The notes under the pieces: model-generated
Database searches by the model: none
What the model saw: only the letters and a program-made list of their open reading frames with translations
Told to the model about the DNA's origin: nothing
Shown: positions 1 through 11,759 of the stretch, one piece after another
How positions within the stretch are numbered: position 1 is the stretch's first letter
Layout: the number at the start of each line of letters is the position of its first letter
Program-made: the position numbers and the translations under genes
Assembly (NCBI GenBank): GCA_000092065.1
Contig: CP000582.1
Length of the DNA stretch: 64,000 bases
Origin: Ostreococcus lucimarinus
Taxonomy: Eukaryota
Direction: 5' to 3' (one strand)

Positions 1-29
1 CTCGCAGCGCGCGTCCCATCGTCTCCCAC

Positions 30-31
<2 letters not shown>

Positions 32-60
<29 letters not shown>
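32..60. repeat. (CGT)n microsatellite, about 9 units
   Basis: Direct reading: ccgtcgtcgtcgtcgtcgtcgtcgtcgtcg. Confidence 0.8.
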
Positions 61-62
<2 letters not shown>

Positions 63-467
63 CCTCGCGAGCGCGCGCTCGGCACCGCGCTCGTCGTGCG
101 TTCGCCTCGCGCGTCGCGTCGCGCGTCCTCCTCGAGCGCGCGCGCGCGCGCCGTCGCCTCGCCGTGTCGCGTCAGCAGCGCCGCCCTCGCGCGCGCGCCG
201 TCGGCGAACGCGCTCGACCGAGCGTCGAGGATCGCCGCGCGCAGCGCTCGCAGGTCGTCGTCGATCGCGCGCAGCGTCGCGACGACGTCGTCGAGCGGGA
301 CATCATCGGCGTCGTTCGAATCGCCGGCGTCGTCGCGCGCGTCGCGATCGATCGCGCGGCGCACGAGCGCCTTGGCGACGCGCACGAGCTCGCGCTCGAC
401 GTCGTCGAGTCGCGCGTCGAGCGTCATCCGCGCGCGTCGCGATGGCGACGGCACTCCGCGGACGGCG

Positions 468-1445
468 ATGCCGACGACGATGATGCCTCGAGCGTCCGCG
501 CGCGTCGCGGCGTCGCGCGATGCCGACGGCGCGTCGCGCAAGACGTGCGTCGTGACGGGCGCGAACACCGGGATCGGGCTCGCGACGGTGCGCGCGCTGC
601 GGGCGTCGAACGAGTACTCGAAGATTACGCTCGCGTGTCGAGACGCGAGCAAGGCGCGACGCGCGATCGACGCGCTCGCGCGCGACGGCGCGGCGTCGAC
701 GTGCGCGCTGGTGTTTCGAGAGCTCGATCTGGCGAGCGTCGCCAGCGCGCGGGACTTCGCGGCGTCGTACCTGGACGACGAGGGCGACGACGGGTTGGAT
801 TGCCTGGTGAATAACGCGGGCGTCATGGCGGTGCCGAAACTCGAGCGCACGCGCGATGGATTTGAATTGCAAGTCGGCGTGAATCACTTGGGACATCACG
901 CGCTCACGGCGGGGCTGATGCCGGCGCTGGCGAAGAGCGAGGACGCGCGGGTGATTTGCGTGTCGAGCGAGGCGCACAGAATCGCGGGGAAAGGCTTGGC
1001 GCGGGAGGATTTGTTCGGGGAGAAGAATTACAGCGCGTGGGGACAGTACGGACAGTCGAAGCTCGCGAACGTGTTGTTTGCGTTCGAGCTCGCGCGAAGG
1101 TGCGAAAGGGCGGGACTCGGGAACGTCACGGCGTCGGCGTTGCACCCGGGCGCCGTCGACAGCGAGTTGGGTCGATATCTCCAACCGCCGGATGAAGAAA
1201 TCAAGTGGTGGCAGACGAAGCTGTACGATTTCATCAGATTGAATTTTTTGAAGACGACGGAACAAGGCGCGGCGACGAGCGTGTTTTTGGCTCGAGAGAT
1301 CGCGCGGGGAGAGGCGCGGGGGAAGTACTACAGCGACTGCGCGGAGAAGACGCCGGCGAAGAACTGCTTGGACGTGGACGACGCTCGTTGGTTGTGGGAT
1401 CGCTCCGCCGAGCTCACGGGCGTGGGTTTCGATTCGCTGCTTTGA
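468..1445 (+). CDS. Short-chain dehydrogenase/reductase (retinol-dehydrogenase / WWOX-like SDR)
   Basis: Rossmann motif TGANTGIGLATVRAL and catalytic YGQSKLAN (YxxxK). First in-frame ATG at 468 (MPTTMMPRAS); the ORF-track start at 96 is GTG and low-complexity. TGA at 1443-1445. Confidence 0.7.
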   Translation: MPTTMMPRASARVAASRDADGASRKTCVVTGANTGIGLATVRALRASNEYSKITLACRDASKARRAIDALARDGAASTCALVFRELDLASVASARDFAASYLDDEGDDGLDCLVNNAGVMAVPKLERTRDGFELQVGVNHLGHHALTAGLMPALAKSEDARVICVSSEAHRIAGKGLAREDLFGEKNYSAWGQYGQSKLANVLFAFELARRCERAGLGNVTASALHPGAVDSELGRYLQPPDEEIKWWQTKLYDFIRLNFLKTTEQGAATSVFLAREIARGEARGKYYSDCAEKTPAKNCLDVDDARWLWDRSAELTGVGFDSLL

Positions 1446-1510
1446 TGCTACTAATGTAATTCATTCATTTCAATTGTGCTGCGCTATTTAGGGGGGGGGC
1501 TTGCGCTAAA

Positions 1511-4500
1511 TCAATCGCTCAATTCGTCCGCCGGAACGAAAGACGCCGGCGCCTTCTTCGCCTCGGCGACGTGTCGGTTCCGTTCCTGCTTCCTCTGTTG
1601 CGCTCGACCAGCGACCGGCGATCGGCGCGCGACATGCTTTGCCGCAGGCGATGGTTTGCGAAGTGGTGATGGTTCATCGTCTAACATCGCCAACTCGTCG
1701 ACGACGCGTTTCGCGAGCGCTTCAGATTTCGCCTTGCGACGGGGATCGTTCTTCGTCTGAATAACGACGCCGGGGTGACGAACAATCGGATGCGCGCGAC
1801 CATCGCCACCGCGCGATGATGTCGCCGACACGGGAACTGCGGTAAAGACTTCATCATACGGCGCTTGCTTTACGTGCTCCACGAACACGTTTCGCGTTTT
1901 GGCGTTCTCGATTAAATCCAGCCACACGGCCTCGCGTTTGAGCACCTCGGCGTAACCCACGATCCACGTCGAATATCGACCCCGCGTGAGCGCCACGTTT
2001 AATCGTCGCTCGTCTCTGAGAAAGCCGATATCCGTATTCGGCGGATCGGGGGCGACTTTGTCGCCTTCGGGGTACGCGCGAACGCACGAGATGATCACGG
2101 CGTCGAACTCTTGTCCTTGCACTTGATCAACGGTACCGTACGTCACATGCGCCCACGTCCGAAGCGCGCCATCTTTCTTCAACAATGGCTCCACGAAATC
2201 GCGCAAACGTCGCACTTGATCCAAGTAGGGCGTGATGATGCCAACCTTCACTTCACTCTTGTGGAGTTGCGCCGAGACGGCTATTTTCTTGTAACAATAC
2301 GACGCGAACTCTGCCTCGGCGGAATTGGAGAAGGAGCGCGCGCCAGTCTCGTAGCGATCTTGGTTCATTTGACCCTTAACGTTGAAGAACTGATACGGAC
2401 CGCAGTTAGAGAAGGAGTGCCACGGCGCGACGCGATCTTCGTAAAGAGCGCCGGCGCCGCTGCGCAGTAAACCTCTGTAAAAGCGTTCACTCGGAAACTT
2501 GACGATGTCTGGATGCATGCGATATTGATCCCGAAGCGTAAAAGTGGGTACACCACAGTCAGACAGACGTTCAAAAAGACTATATCCGTAATAGGCTCGC
2601 TGCGCTGATCTGGAGATGACAGTCGGTGCGAGCTGCTGCGAATCTCCGACCATGATTATGACGCCGTCGGGCTTGATCCACTGCAACGGAATCAGCGCCG
2701 CCGGCTCGACAGCTTGCGACGCCTCATCGATGATGACGACGTCAAAAGGTTGAACTGAGCAATACGGTCGCGAGTCAGCAGCGCGCGGTGCTGCGTTTGA
2801 CGGCTTTTTAACCAGTTGTGCCATGGAAGATAGCGTCCCGCACACGACATTTGAACGGTCGATGACGCGCTCAAAAGGCGTCGACACGACAACGCTGCCT
2901 TCAATTCTTCCCTCTTCGGCGAGTTTCGCCTTCAATTTCGCGTGCGCCGCGTCTTGGATCGCGAACAATTGAGCCTTCTTTGCTTCCAGATCGACTAGTG
3001 CCTGACTATACACCGGGACACTATCCTTAAAAGACTTTTGACGATTTCGCAATCGCGTGACTTCGAGTCGAATCTGCGCCTCGACTTTAGTTCTCTCCGC
3101 TTTCGCATCTCGAACCTTGCTCTCGTAATACGCTGCGTTTTGAGCGTACGTGTTGTTTTCGCGACCTTCTACGTCGACACCGTATTCTTTGAGCTTCGTG
3201 CGCACGTGACATCTCTCCGAAGCTGAACCAGACTTGATTTTTTCATCCGTACCGATTCGAGTGACGTCGACGCCTCGAAGGCATTTTCGTACTTCCGCGT
3301 GCACCGAAGATCCATCAACGAGCCGATCAACGATATGATCAATCGCGGCATTCGTTTGCGCCGTACATATAATTCTCTTCCGCACGGGATGACCATATTG
3401 GTCGACGCCGTTCAAAAGCGCCGCTATCAAGCTCACAATGACGTGCGTCTTCCCAGTTCCCGGTGGTCCTTGAATCAGCACCGGCAAGTCACGACTAGAT
3501 GCGTGCTCATGCGCGCAAGCACCGAGCACGGCTTGGCGCTGCATTGGATTTAGCGATGACTCAACCGCACTTAAAGCCGGCGCAGCGATGTACTGATCGG
3601 CATCGTCGAGGGTGTCGAACAACGACGAGAGCTGCAAAACTTTGTTGTTAATTCTCGATAGAAAATGCTCGCTCACGTCGAGCGCTTGCAGCTCTCGAAG
3701 CGTCGTCGCGAGCTCGAACACTCGCGTCACCTTAAGGCGAGTTTTCATGGTGTGAAGCTTGCGCGACATTGACGTTATACGCACGCCGGAGTTCGGGGCA
3801 AAGTGCATTCTGATAACGACAGTTTCGTTCGACGCATCCTTTTTCGCCGATTCCACCCAACCAAACACGTAGTGCGTCGCCCGTTCCTTCACGGGGCTCA
3901 ACGGGTCATCGTCCTCAAGAAGATCCATGTTTCGCTGTTCGAATGCGTACGAAATGGTTTCAATCATCACCAGATCGTCCGTTTTGAATACCGAACGAGC
4001 ATTGTCAGAGTTGGCTTGTGACGCGAGCGGCTTTGACAGCTCAAACGTTTCAAACACACTCGTCGAATTGGCTACGTCTTCTTGCCGAAGCTTTGACACG
4101 GTGAAGTCATCGCTGTAGAGTCGATCGCAGGTCTGGAGCGCACGATCTACGTTCGCGCGCAACTCGGCGAGAATGAGCGGAATGAAATGCTCTCTGTACT
4201 CGTGAGCGTTCGCGAACGACCTCGGCGGACTTTCGCGGCTTAAGCGACTGTCCTTCTCGTGTAGCGTCACATCCCCATGCCGCGCCTGCACCGTATCACT
4301 TTTGAACTGCTCTTTATTGAGGCACAGAATGCTTCGGATGAGCGTCTCTACGCGATATGGAGAGCGGCGCGAGCTTGATGGCTTGAACTGGCGGCTGACA
4401 TTGGAGACTGGCACAAGAGCCGGCGCACGCTCGGCACTGCTGACGGCGGGTAGGACAGTCATGTGCTTCTTCACTCTCGTCAGTGATGCATTAGATGTTG

Positions 4501-7500
4501 ACACTCGCTGCTTTGACTTCTTCGAGGTCGCTGAAGGTGGTGGCATCTCCATCACTGCAGTCGTCGTTTCTTTGCTGATTCGCCTCTGTTGCTGATTTAT
4601 CGCGTGATAATCCTTCGCTTTGGCAACCTGATAGCCCGACGTCGTCGTACTCACCCGTCCACGTGTAACGGCGGTTTCCGATAATTCTATCGACGCCACG
4701 GTTTTCCTGCGATCCAAGTTGTACGTTTTCGTGGTAGGTTCGCGCTTGCGCATTTTGAACGCCGACGACTTTGCCGCGTCACCCTTCGTCGACGACGGTG
4801 AGACATCCTCGTTGGATTTGCGCTTCACCGATGCGAATAGCTCCTTGGTAGCTTTGCGTTTGGGCCGCGTTTTCTTTTGGTCCGTCGGCCGCAACCATTG
4901 GGGGTCATTCGACGTCGGCTCGTCGTCCTCTTCATAGGGAGTAACTCCGAATTCTTCGTCTGAATCCAGCGCCGGGACCGCCGCGCTGATGCGATACGGC
5001 GATGAAGTCTCGGGAAGTGGTTCATCGATCACCACGACGTCTCCGATATTTTCTTTCTCTCCCTCGATGAATAGCGAAACCATCGAAAAGACACTCTTAA
5101 GCTTTTCTTTGATATTGTCGCTTAGTGCGGCGTCGCCGCGCATGCTCAATAGCTCGCGAACACGCTGGCGCCAATCACTCTCGTCTCGAATGCTCACGCC
5201 CGGTGAAGAGGGCTCATCTGAAACTTCAGTCTTGAACAATCCAATGCAATCCAGCCAAGCATCTGCGATCCCCTCCTCCGCTGACCCTATAAAGCTCGCG
5301 GGCTCCCAAGCGAGAAGATTCCTCAGAATGTTCGCCGGCTGCCTGTTGAAGATGTGCTCTTGCTCGCGTGCTTTGATCAATTTCCAGTACATCGTGAGCA
5401 TGCTCAACATACTGTAAAGAATGTCATCATCGGCAGCCAAGGCGCGTCGCGGCGCGTGCTGCGTGATCGTTTCGAACACACCGATTGAGGAAATCAACAC
5501 CTTGGTCACGTTCTCGCTAAACGTCCGCAAGCGCGCCTTGTCATCTTTATCGATCGCCTTCACGAGATGATGTGTCTGTACAATCGGCGCGCTCGCGGCC
5601 TTAAGTAGCTCGCTCACGTCTTCAGACGTTTCTGAAGGCATCCGTTTCACGTCTTTCAGTGCGCAGTGCGTCGCACCGAGCACCGCTTTGGGAATGTCCG
5701 TGTGCTCGTCGTCGAGAAACATCTTCTTGTAGCAGTTCTCTCTGTTATCTTCTGCGTAATGCTTCTTCAAAACTTCACCCGCAGCCGCTACCAGCGACGT
5801 GCGTTGTGACATCATGCACATTACCGCACCCTCGGTACACTTTGGAGTGTATTCGGAACGGTCAAGCGGCCTCTTGCTCGATTGGCTCTCCGGGCAGTCG
5901 AGTAACGATTTGAAAAACCATTCCCCACACTTGCCAAGAAACTTTCGCAAGCTATTCGCGTTCTCTTGGTTTTCCGGCACGATCTCAACATACGGAAAGA
6001 TACCACGCATCGCATCGTTTTCACTCTCGTCGTCATTCCGCGCGAATGGCGCGATGAGTCCCATGGCGTACATGACTGCGCTCACATATCGCGGTCTGAG
6101 GACGCCCGCGTGCATACTGTTGATCGCGGACATACTATCGAAACCTAAGGCGTACTTCCACATGCTCGTGTTGATTTTCCACCTCTTTTTCTGTCGAATC
6201 GTGTTCAAAATTTTCAAGTGCAACTCGCCCAACGGGGTCTCGCCTCTGATGCGCTTCTCTCGAGCCCATCTCTCCGGTTCGAAGGCAAAAAACGCCGGAT
6301 CAGCGAGCGCGCTCAAAGCGATGGCGTCGGCGCAAATGACGTATCCAATCGTGTCCACGAGACTACCACCTAATGCGTTTCGGGCTTTCGTCGCCTCTCG
6401 AGAAAGATCCCGGTCTGTGGCGACGCTCTTGGTCCAATCCATACCAACCGTACTGAACCAGTCGCCCAAAGTCAACACAGCATCGTCCACGCCGATTTCA
6501 GAGTACTGCTCCTCGACCGCTCTGCACGCGGCAAGGCGGCTGGCCCACTGTACTTCGGCGCTGAATGTCGCTTTTGAATGCGGGATATCTGCAGCGAGTA
6601 TGTTCATAACCTGCCTCGCCTGTACCGCGTCGCCCGTTGGAAGGAGAAGGTAGACGTACTTTAACGCAGTCAACGCGCAAATCTGTTCCGCCTTTCTATC
6701 TTTAGGCAGATTCAGCGCCGCTTGAAACAAATCTTCAATCAAATCCGCGCGATCAACGCCGACGCGTTCCCAAAACGATTTCGCCGCCTTCGGTCCACGA
6801 GGTAAAGCCTTGAGAATCACTTGGATGACTTCGCACGCGTTGCTCGAGAGCGCGCGCGCGCCTTTTTCGTTTGATCGTTTCATGGCGCATGCCGCCAAAC
6901 GGAAGACGATGGGATGCGTCGTGAACACCTCGCGCACTATTTGGCTATCGCTTCGCTCTAACGTATACGCCAGCGCAAACCATAGCCGTGCCTCCACCGG
7001 GACGAATGGCTCGTGATCCTTGGGCACGTCGTCGCGAATCTCCTCGCACAATGTGCGCCTCGCCGATTCTCTCTCCACCTGAGCTCGGGCTAAACACTCG
7101 ATCCAAAACGCCAACACCTCGTCCACAACGTCCCTGAGCGCGTTATCGCTCGTCAACGCTCGCATGCGCGTCTGTGGTAACCCCGTATCTGCATCCATCA
7201 CCGGCTCGCCGTTTTCATCCGTCTCGGGCTCCGACAACAACTCCTTAACCGACTGTCTCGTCTTGCTGTCATCGATCGCGAGCAGCGCAAACAGTCCCGG
7301 AAACGACCCACACGGTCGCTCCCGTATCTCTCGCATCAAAGAATTCGCCCACTCATCCCCACCCGCCTTCGCCTTCTCGCAAGTCTCCGCGAACGCCCGC
7401 GCCGCCGCCTCGTAAATCGCCCGTCCTCTCGCCGGCGCCGGCGCCGTCAAAATCTCCCTCAACGCGTTCCCTCTCGCGCACTCCCTCAAAAATTCCGTCT

Positions 7501-7909
7501 CTATCCGATCACTCGTTCCTTCGCAATCAAATCCTCGCTCAACGCGTTCAAAATCAAACCTCAACCGTTCGTTCTGAGTCGCCTCTTCGTCTCCCGTCGA
7601 CTCGACGCCGCCTCGCGCGTCTCGCGCGTCTCGCCGCAGCTCCAAAAACCCATCCAGGCACCGCTCGCACGTCGACGTGCAGTTCACGCTCACGACGCGC
7701 GCGTTCTGTCCCTCATCGACGCGTCCGCGTCGCGTCGCGCGATCGACGCGGCGTTTCGCGACGTCGAGATCGCGCGCGTTCGCCACGAGCGTCGCGTCGT
7801 TCGCGAGTTCGCGCTCGAGGGCGTCGTACGCGATGCGCGCGACGTCGGCGTCGCCGCAGTACGCGTGCGTGCGCTCGACGTCGGTGAGCTCTTCGAACAG
7901 GCGCGGCAT
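1511..7909 (-). CDS. Sen1/senataxin-like SF1B (UPF1-like) helicase with large N-terminal domain, about 2130 aa
   Basis: C-terminal helicase motifs GPPGTGKTHVIVSLIAALL (Walker A), VIIDEASQAVEPAALIPL (motif II), QLAPTV, NVALTRGRY. The long ARM-like N-terminus is typical of Sen1/SETX. ORF-track start 7993 is TTG; first ATG at 7909 (MPRLFEEL). Confidence 0.75.
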   Translation of the reverse strand: MPRLFEELTDVERTHAYCGDADVARIAYDALERELANDATLVANARDLDVAKRRVDRATRRGRVDEGQNARVVSVNCTSTCERCLDGFLELRRDARDARGGVESTGDEEATQNERLRFDFERVERGFDCEGTSDRIETEFLRECARGNALREILTAPAPARGRAIYEAAARAFAETCEKAKAGGDEWANSLMREIRERPCGSFPGLFALLAIDDSKTRQSVKELLSEPETDENGEPVMDADTGLPQTRMRALTSDNALRDVVDEVLAFWIECLARAQVERESARRTLCEEIRDDVPKDHEPFVPVEARLWFALAYTLERSDSQIVREVFTTHPIVFRLAACAMKRSNEKGARALSSNACEVIQVILKALPRGPKAAKSFWERVGVDRADLIEDLFQAALNLPKDRKAEQICALTALKYVYLLLPTGDAVQARQVMNILAADIPHSKATFSAEVQWASRLAACRAVEEQYSEIGVDDAVLTLGDWFSTVGMDWTKSVATDRDLSREATKARNALGGSLVDTIGYVICADAIALSALADPAFFAFEPERWAREKRIRGETPLGELHLKILNTIRQKKRWKINTSMWKYALGFDSMSAINSMHAGVLRPRYVSAVMYAMGLIAPFARNDDESENDAMRGIFPYVEIVPENQENANSLRKFLGKCGEWFFKSLLDCPESQSSKRPLDRSEYTPKCTEGAVMCMMSQRTSLVAAAGEVLKKHYAEDNRENCYKKMFLDDEHTDIPKAVLGATHCALKDVKRMPSETSEDVSELLKAASAPIVQTHHLVKAIDKDDKARLRTFSENVTKVLISSIGVFETITQHAPRRALAADDDILYSMLSMLTMYWKLIKAREQEHIFNRQPANILRNLLAWEPASFIGSAEEGIADAWLDCIGLFKTEVSDEPSSPGVSIRDESDWRQRVRELLSMRGDAALSDNIKEKLKSVFSMVSLFIEGEKENIGDVVVIDEPLPETSSPYRISAAVPALDSDEEFGVTPYEEDDEPTSNDPQWLRPTDQKKTRPKRKATKELFASVKRKSNEDVSPSSTKGDAAKSSAFKMRKREPTTKTYNLDRRKTVASIELSETAVTRGRVSTTTSGYQVAKAKDYHAINQQQRRISKETTTAVMEMPPPSATSKKSKQRVSTSNASLTRVKKHMTVLPAVSSAERAPALVPVSNVSRQFKPSSSRRSPYRVETLIRSILCLNKEQFKSDTVQARHGDVTLHEKDSRLSRESPPRSFANAHEYREHFIPLILAELRANVDRALQTCDRLYSDDFTVSKLRQEDVANSTSVFETFELSKPLASQANSDNARSVFKTDDLVMIETISYAFEQRNMDLLEDDDPLSPVKERATHYVFGWVESAKKDASNETVVIRMHFAPNSGVRITSMSRKLHTMKTRLKVTRVFELATTLRELQALDVSEHFLSRINNKVLQLSSLFDTLDDADQYIAAPALSAVESSLNPMQRQAVLGACAHEHASSRDLPVLIQGPPGTGKTHVIVSLIAALLNGVDQYGHPVRKRIICTAQTNAAIDHIVDRLVDGSSVHAEVRKCLRGVDVTRIGTDEKIKSGSASERCHVRTKLKEYGVDVEGRENNTYAQNAAYYESKVRDAKAERTKVEAQIRLEVTRLRNRQKSFKDSVPVYSQALVDLEAKKAQLFAIQDAAHAKLKAKLAEEGRIEGSVVVSTPFERVIDRSNVVCGTLSSMAQLVKKPSNAAPRAADSRPYCSVQPFDVVIIDEASQAVEPAALIPLQWIKPDGVIIMVGDSQQLAPTVISRSAQRAYYGYSLFERLSDCGVPTFTLRDQYRMHPDIVKFPSERFYRGLLRSGAGALYEDRVAPWHSFSNCGPYQFFNVKGQMNQDRYETGARSFSNSAEAEFASYCYKKIAVSAQLHKSEVKVGIITPYLDQVRRLRDFVEPLLKKDGALRTWAHVTYGTVDQVQGQEFDAVIISCVRAYPEGDKVAPDPPNTDIGFLRDERRLNVALTRGRYSTWIVGYAEVLKREAVWLDLIENAKTRNVFVEHVKQAPYDEVFTAVPVSATSSRGGDGRAHPIVRHPGVVIQTKNDPRRKAKSEALAKRVVDELAMLDDEPSPLRKPSPAAKHVARRSPVAGRAQQRKQERNRHVAEAKKAPASFVPADELSD

Positions 7910-8004
7910 CGCGCGCGCGCGCGCGCGCCACTGGCGACGGGCGTCCGTCGATCGTCGTCGCGACCACCGGTCGCACTTTAAGCCTCGCCTCAACCGCCGT
8001 CGAC

Positions 8005-9240
8005 ATGCGAGTCTCGGTGCACGTCGCCGAACTCGACCTCATCGTCAACGTCGACGTCTCTCCGGACTGTACGGTCGCAGACCTCAAAGCTGCCGTCGCC
8101 TGTGAGTTCCCAGACGGCGATCCGCGCGATATAACGCGCGCCAAAGTTTTGAAAGATGCCAAGCAGATTCCAGATGCGTCAAGTTTACGCGACGCCGGCG
8201 TCGTGCAGGACGACCTGTTGATCGTGTCGCTGGGTGCATCCGGTGGGGAAAGCATCGCGTCGGCGGACGCGCGCGCGCTTGCGGCGGATGGTAGCGCAGT
8301 GGACGCGCAGGCGATGATGGAGAGTTTTCGCGGCAACGCCGGCACGCTCGAGGCGTTGCGTCGGCAGGGAGGAAGCGAACTCGTCGATTGCATCGAAGCG
8401 AACGACGTGGAGGGGTTTCAGAGAATGATGCGGGAGATGCGGAAACGGATGTTAGCGGCGAGGGAACAGGAGGCGGAGGAGATGGCGTTGATGACGAGCG
8501 ACCCGTTCGACGTCGAGGCGCAGCGGAAGATTGAGGAACGCATCCGACAAGAACAGGTGTTAGGCAATTTTGCGACCGCGATGGAGGAAACGCCCGAGGC
8601 ATTCGCTCAGGTGGTGATGCTATACGTCGATCTGGAGGTGAATGGAGTGGCGCTGAAGGCGTTTGTCGATAGTGGGGCGCAGATGTCGATCATGTCGGTG
8701 ACGTGCGCGCGACAGTGCGGACTGGAAAGGCTCATCGACAAGCGGTTTAGCGGCATCGCGAAAGGCGTGGGGACGCAGAACATCATTGGACGCGTGCACC
8801 AGGCACCGATGAAGGTGGGTGAACACTTCTTGCCGTGCGCGATTACGGTTTTGGAGAAGGAACAAGACATGGACTTCATCTTTGGTTTAGACATGCTGCG
8901 CAGACACGCGTGCTCCATCGACTTGAGGAAGAACGCCCTCGTTATCGGCTCGGTCGACGTGGAGTTGCCGTTTTTGAGCGAGAGCGAAATTGGAAAGACA
9001 GCACAGGAAGCGTTTCAAGGCAAAGCGCCCGAGGCGGCGATCCCGACCCCCTCGGCGGCGGTCCCGACCCCCTCGCCGGCGGTCCCGACGCCCTCGACGA
9101 CGCCTTCGTCTTCGTCGGCGCACGACGAAGAAAAAATTGCTCGATTAACCGCGCTCGGCTTTTCTCGGCAGCAAGTTATCGACGCCTTGAACGCGACGAG
9201 TGGTAACGAAGAGTTTGCGGGTGCGCTATTGTTCGGTTAA
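8005..9240 (+). CDS. DDI1: DDI1-like protein: ubiquitin-like domain, retroviral-type aspartyl protease domain, C-terminal UBA
   Basis: ATG at 8005. N-terminal UBL-like region; protease active site FVDSGAQMSIMS (D-S/T-G-A); C-terminal UBA-like LTALGFSRQQVIDALNATSGNEEFAGALL. Internal 21 bp x3 repeat encoding (A)VPTPS at 9037-9100. Confidence 0.8.
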   Translation: MRVSVHVAELDLIVNVDVSPDCTVADLKAAVACEFPDGDPRDITRAKVLKDAKQIPDASSLRDAGVVQDDLLIVSLGASGGESIASADARALAADGSAVDAQAMMESFRGNAGTLEALRRQGGSELVDCIEANDVEGFQRMMREMRKRMLAAREQEAEEMALMTSDPFDVEAQRKIEERIRQEQVLGNFATAMEETPEAFAQVVMLYVDLEVNGVALKAFVDSGAQMSIMSVTCARQCGLERLIDKRFSGIAKGVGTQNIIGRVHQAPMKVGEHFLPCAITVLEKEQDMDFIFGLDMLRRHACSIDLRKNALVIGSVDVELPFLSESEIGKTAQEAFQGKAPEAAIPTPSAAVPTPSPAVPTPSTTPSSSSAHDEEKIARLTALGFSRQQVIDALNATSGNEEFAGALLFG

Positions 9241-9319
9241 ACGCTGTTGTCATGAATGAAACGATCTTGTATGCGACTAAAGCGAGGTGTGAATTGTTCG
9301 GGTAAATGCTGTTGTACGA

Positions 9320-11707
9320 CTAAAGCGAAGCGTGAAAAGTACGAGCGATGACTTCCTCTTGATGTGCTCGCGAGAGTTTGATGAAATTCACCGCATACCC
9401 GCTCACGCGAATGGTGAGGGTGGGATAGTTGTCTGGATGCGCCATGGCGTCTAACAGTACCGATCTATCGATACAGTTAACGTTCAAATGTTGAGCGCCG
9501 TGTGAGAAGTAGCCATCCAGCAACGCAGTCAAGTTCGAGACTCGAGTCCCGTCCGTCTTGCCGAGCGATGGCGCGGTGATGGAGAACGTGTTGCTGATGC
9601 CATCCATGCAACTCGCGTACGGGATCTTTGCCACAGAATTGAGTGAATTCAAAGCACCCGTCTTGTCGCGATTGTGCATCGGATTCGCGCCCGGCGCGAA
9701 CGGTTCACCGAGTTTTCGCAAATCCGGCGTCGCGCCAGTATGTTTCCCGTACATGACGTTGGACGTAATCGTCAGAATCGAAAGCGTGTGCTCGGATCCT
9801 CTATACGCTGGCGTCTTTCGTAAACTCGAGATGAACGTTTCCACAACACTGGCGGCGATGGTGTCAACCTCATCGTCGTCGTTGCCAAACGCGGGCCAAT
9901 CGCCATCGACCTCGAACCGAGTGGATAATCCCGACTTTTCGTCGCGAATCATCTTGACTTTTGCGTGCTTGATGGCGCTGAGAGAGTCGGCCACAACGCT
10001 CAACCCAGCGATGCCGAACGCCATCATCCGCTTGCAATCGGTGTCCATGAGCGCGAAAAACAAGGCCTCGTAGTTGAATCGATCATGCGAGTAGTGGATG
10101 CAGTTCATCGTCTCCACGTAAAGCTTGGCGAGCCAGTCCATGTACGCCGTAAAACGCTTCATCACGTCATCGTATTGTAAAACACCTTCAGGAACTTCGT
10201 CGTCGAAAAGCGCGGGCGCGACGCGGGCGCCGGTGATTTCGTCGCGACCGCCGTTCAGCGCGTAGAGAAGAAGCTTGGGTAGATTGCATCGCGCGCCGAA
10301 ATATTGCATGGTATGCCCCAACTGCATTCCCGACACGCAACAACTGATACCGACGTCGCTCGATTGAAACTTTTCCCGCAGTAAGTCGTCGGAGATGAAC
10401 TGAATTGAGCTCGACTCGATGCTGATCGCCGCCGCGAATTCTTTAAACGGCTTCGGCAACGATTCGCTCCACAAAACCGTCATGTTTGGTTCCGGCGCCG
10501 CGCCCATGTTGCGTAGCGTTTGTAGAAACCTCCAAGAAGTCTTCGTCACCAACGTGTCGGTGCCGTTCATCTGCATGCCACCCACGCAACACGTGGCCCA
10601 GATGGGATCGCCGGCGAAAATGTCGTCGTACGCCTCCGGTCGAAGATGCCGAACGAGTCTCAGCTTGAGCACAAAATTGTCTATGAGTTCCTGCGCGCCC
10701 GATTCGTCGATGAAACCAGCCTTCATGTCGCGCTCGATGTACACATCAAAAAAAGCGTCGACTCGACCGAGAGAAATCGCCGCGCCGTCGTGTTCCTTCA
10801 CGCACGCGAGGTAGGCAAAGTACGTCCACTGAACCGCTTCTTTGCAATCGCGCGCGGCGGCGCCGATGTCGAAACCGTACATTTTTGCCATCGCCTTGAG
10901 CCGCTCCAACGCGCGAATTTGCTCCGACACCTCAAATCGTGCGCGCAAGTCCTCCTCGTCGCTCGTCGCGATGGCATCTTTGTCGATTTGCTTCTCCGCG
11001 ATCAACCGATCGACGCCGAACAGCGCCACGCGGCGATAATCCCCGATCAAGCGCCCTCGTCCGTACGCGTCCGGGAGCCCGAGCAAGAGATGCGCCTTCC
11101 TCGCCGATCGCATTTCATCCGTGTACAAGTCGAAAACCGCGTCGTTGTGCGTCGTGACCCAATCGTCAAAAAACTTCTTCGCGTCCTCCTTCATCGTCGC
11201 GCCGCGCTCGCCCAGCGCCTTCTCCACCACGCGCAACCCTCCCAACGGCTTCATCGTCCGCGTGAGCGCGCGCGTCGTCTGCAGCCCGACCACGACGTCG
11301 TCCACCTCCTTCGACAGCACGTACCCCGCGCCGTGCGACGTCGCTCGCGACGGCGTCTCCGCATCCACCGCCAGCGCCCCTCCCGCGCGTCGCTCCAGCT
11401 CGAGCAACCGCCGCGCCTCCGCCAGCAGTTCCAGCGTCTTTCCCGTCGGTTTCGCGAGCGTCGTCGCGCAGTCGTCCGCGCGCGGCGTTCCGCGCGCGCG
11501 CACGAACGCGTCCACCGCGTCCACCGCGAGCGTCATGTCGTCGTCGTCGTCGCGCTGTGCCGCGCGTCGTCTCGCGTCGTCTCGTCTTCTCTCGTCTCGG
11601 CTCGGCTCGGCTCGGCCGAGAACGTCGATTCGCATCCCGACCGAACCGTCGCGAGATTCGCGTCGACGGTCGACCGCGCGCCACCCCCCCCGGCGTTCGC
11701 GCGACAT
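9320..11707 (-). CDS. PFL: Pyruvate formate-lyase (glycyl radical enzyme) with N-terminal extension
   Basis: Collinear with PflB throughout ([35 protein letters not shown] active site region). C-terminal glycyl radical motif [11 protein letters not shown]. Start uncertain: ATG 11707 chosen so as not to overlap the divergent gene; an upstream in-frame ATG at 11941 would add a transit-peptide-like S/A/R-rich 78 aa. Confidence 0.85.
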   Translation of the reverse strand: MSRERRGGWRAVDRRRESRDGSVGMRIDVLGRAEPSRDERRRDDARRRAAQRDDDDDMTLAVDAVDAFVRARGTPRADDCATTLAKPTGKTLELLAEARRLLELERRAGGALAVDAETPSRATSHGAGYVLSKEVDDVVVGLQTTRALTRTMKPLGGLRVVEKALGERGATMKEDAKKFFDDWVTTHNDAVFDLYTDEMRSARKAHLLLGLPDAYGRGRLIGDYRRVALFGVDRLIAEKQIDKDAIATSDEEDLRARFEVSEQIRALERLKAMAKMYGFDIGAAARDCKEAVQWTYFAYLACVKEHDGAAISLGRVDAFFDVYIERDMKAGFIDESGAQELIDNFVLKLRLVRHLRPEAYDDIFAGDPIWATCCVGGMQMNGTDTLVTKTSWRFLQTLRNMGAAPEPNMTVLWSESLPKPFKEFAAAISIESSSIQFISDDLLREKFQSSDVGISCCVSGMQLGHTMQYFGARCNLPKLLLYALNGGRDEITGARVAPALFDDEVPEGVLQYDDVMKRFTAYMDWLAKLYVETMNCIHYSHDRFNYEALFFALMDTDCKRMMAFGIAGLSVVADSLSAIKHAKVKMIRDEKSGLSTRFEVDGDWPAFGNDDDEVDTIAASVVETFISSLRKTPAYRGSEHTLSILTITSNVMYGKHTGATPDLRKLGEPFAPGANPMHNRDKTGALNSLNSVAKIPYASCMDGISNTFSITAPSLGKTDGTRVSNLTALLDGYFSHGAQHLNVNCIDRSVLLDAMAHPDNYPTLTIRVSGYAVNFIKLSRAHQEEVIARTFHASL

Positions 11708-11759
11708 TCCGAGGCGACGCGCGCGAATCTCGACGGCCGCCGACGCGCGCGCGCGGGCG

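Noticed and set aside
303-1265. 320-aa minus-strand ORF overlapping the SDR gene
   Set aside because: Arginine/alanine-rich low-complexity translation, antisense to a gene with clear SDR motifs; long chance ORFs are expected at about 66 percent GC.
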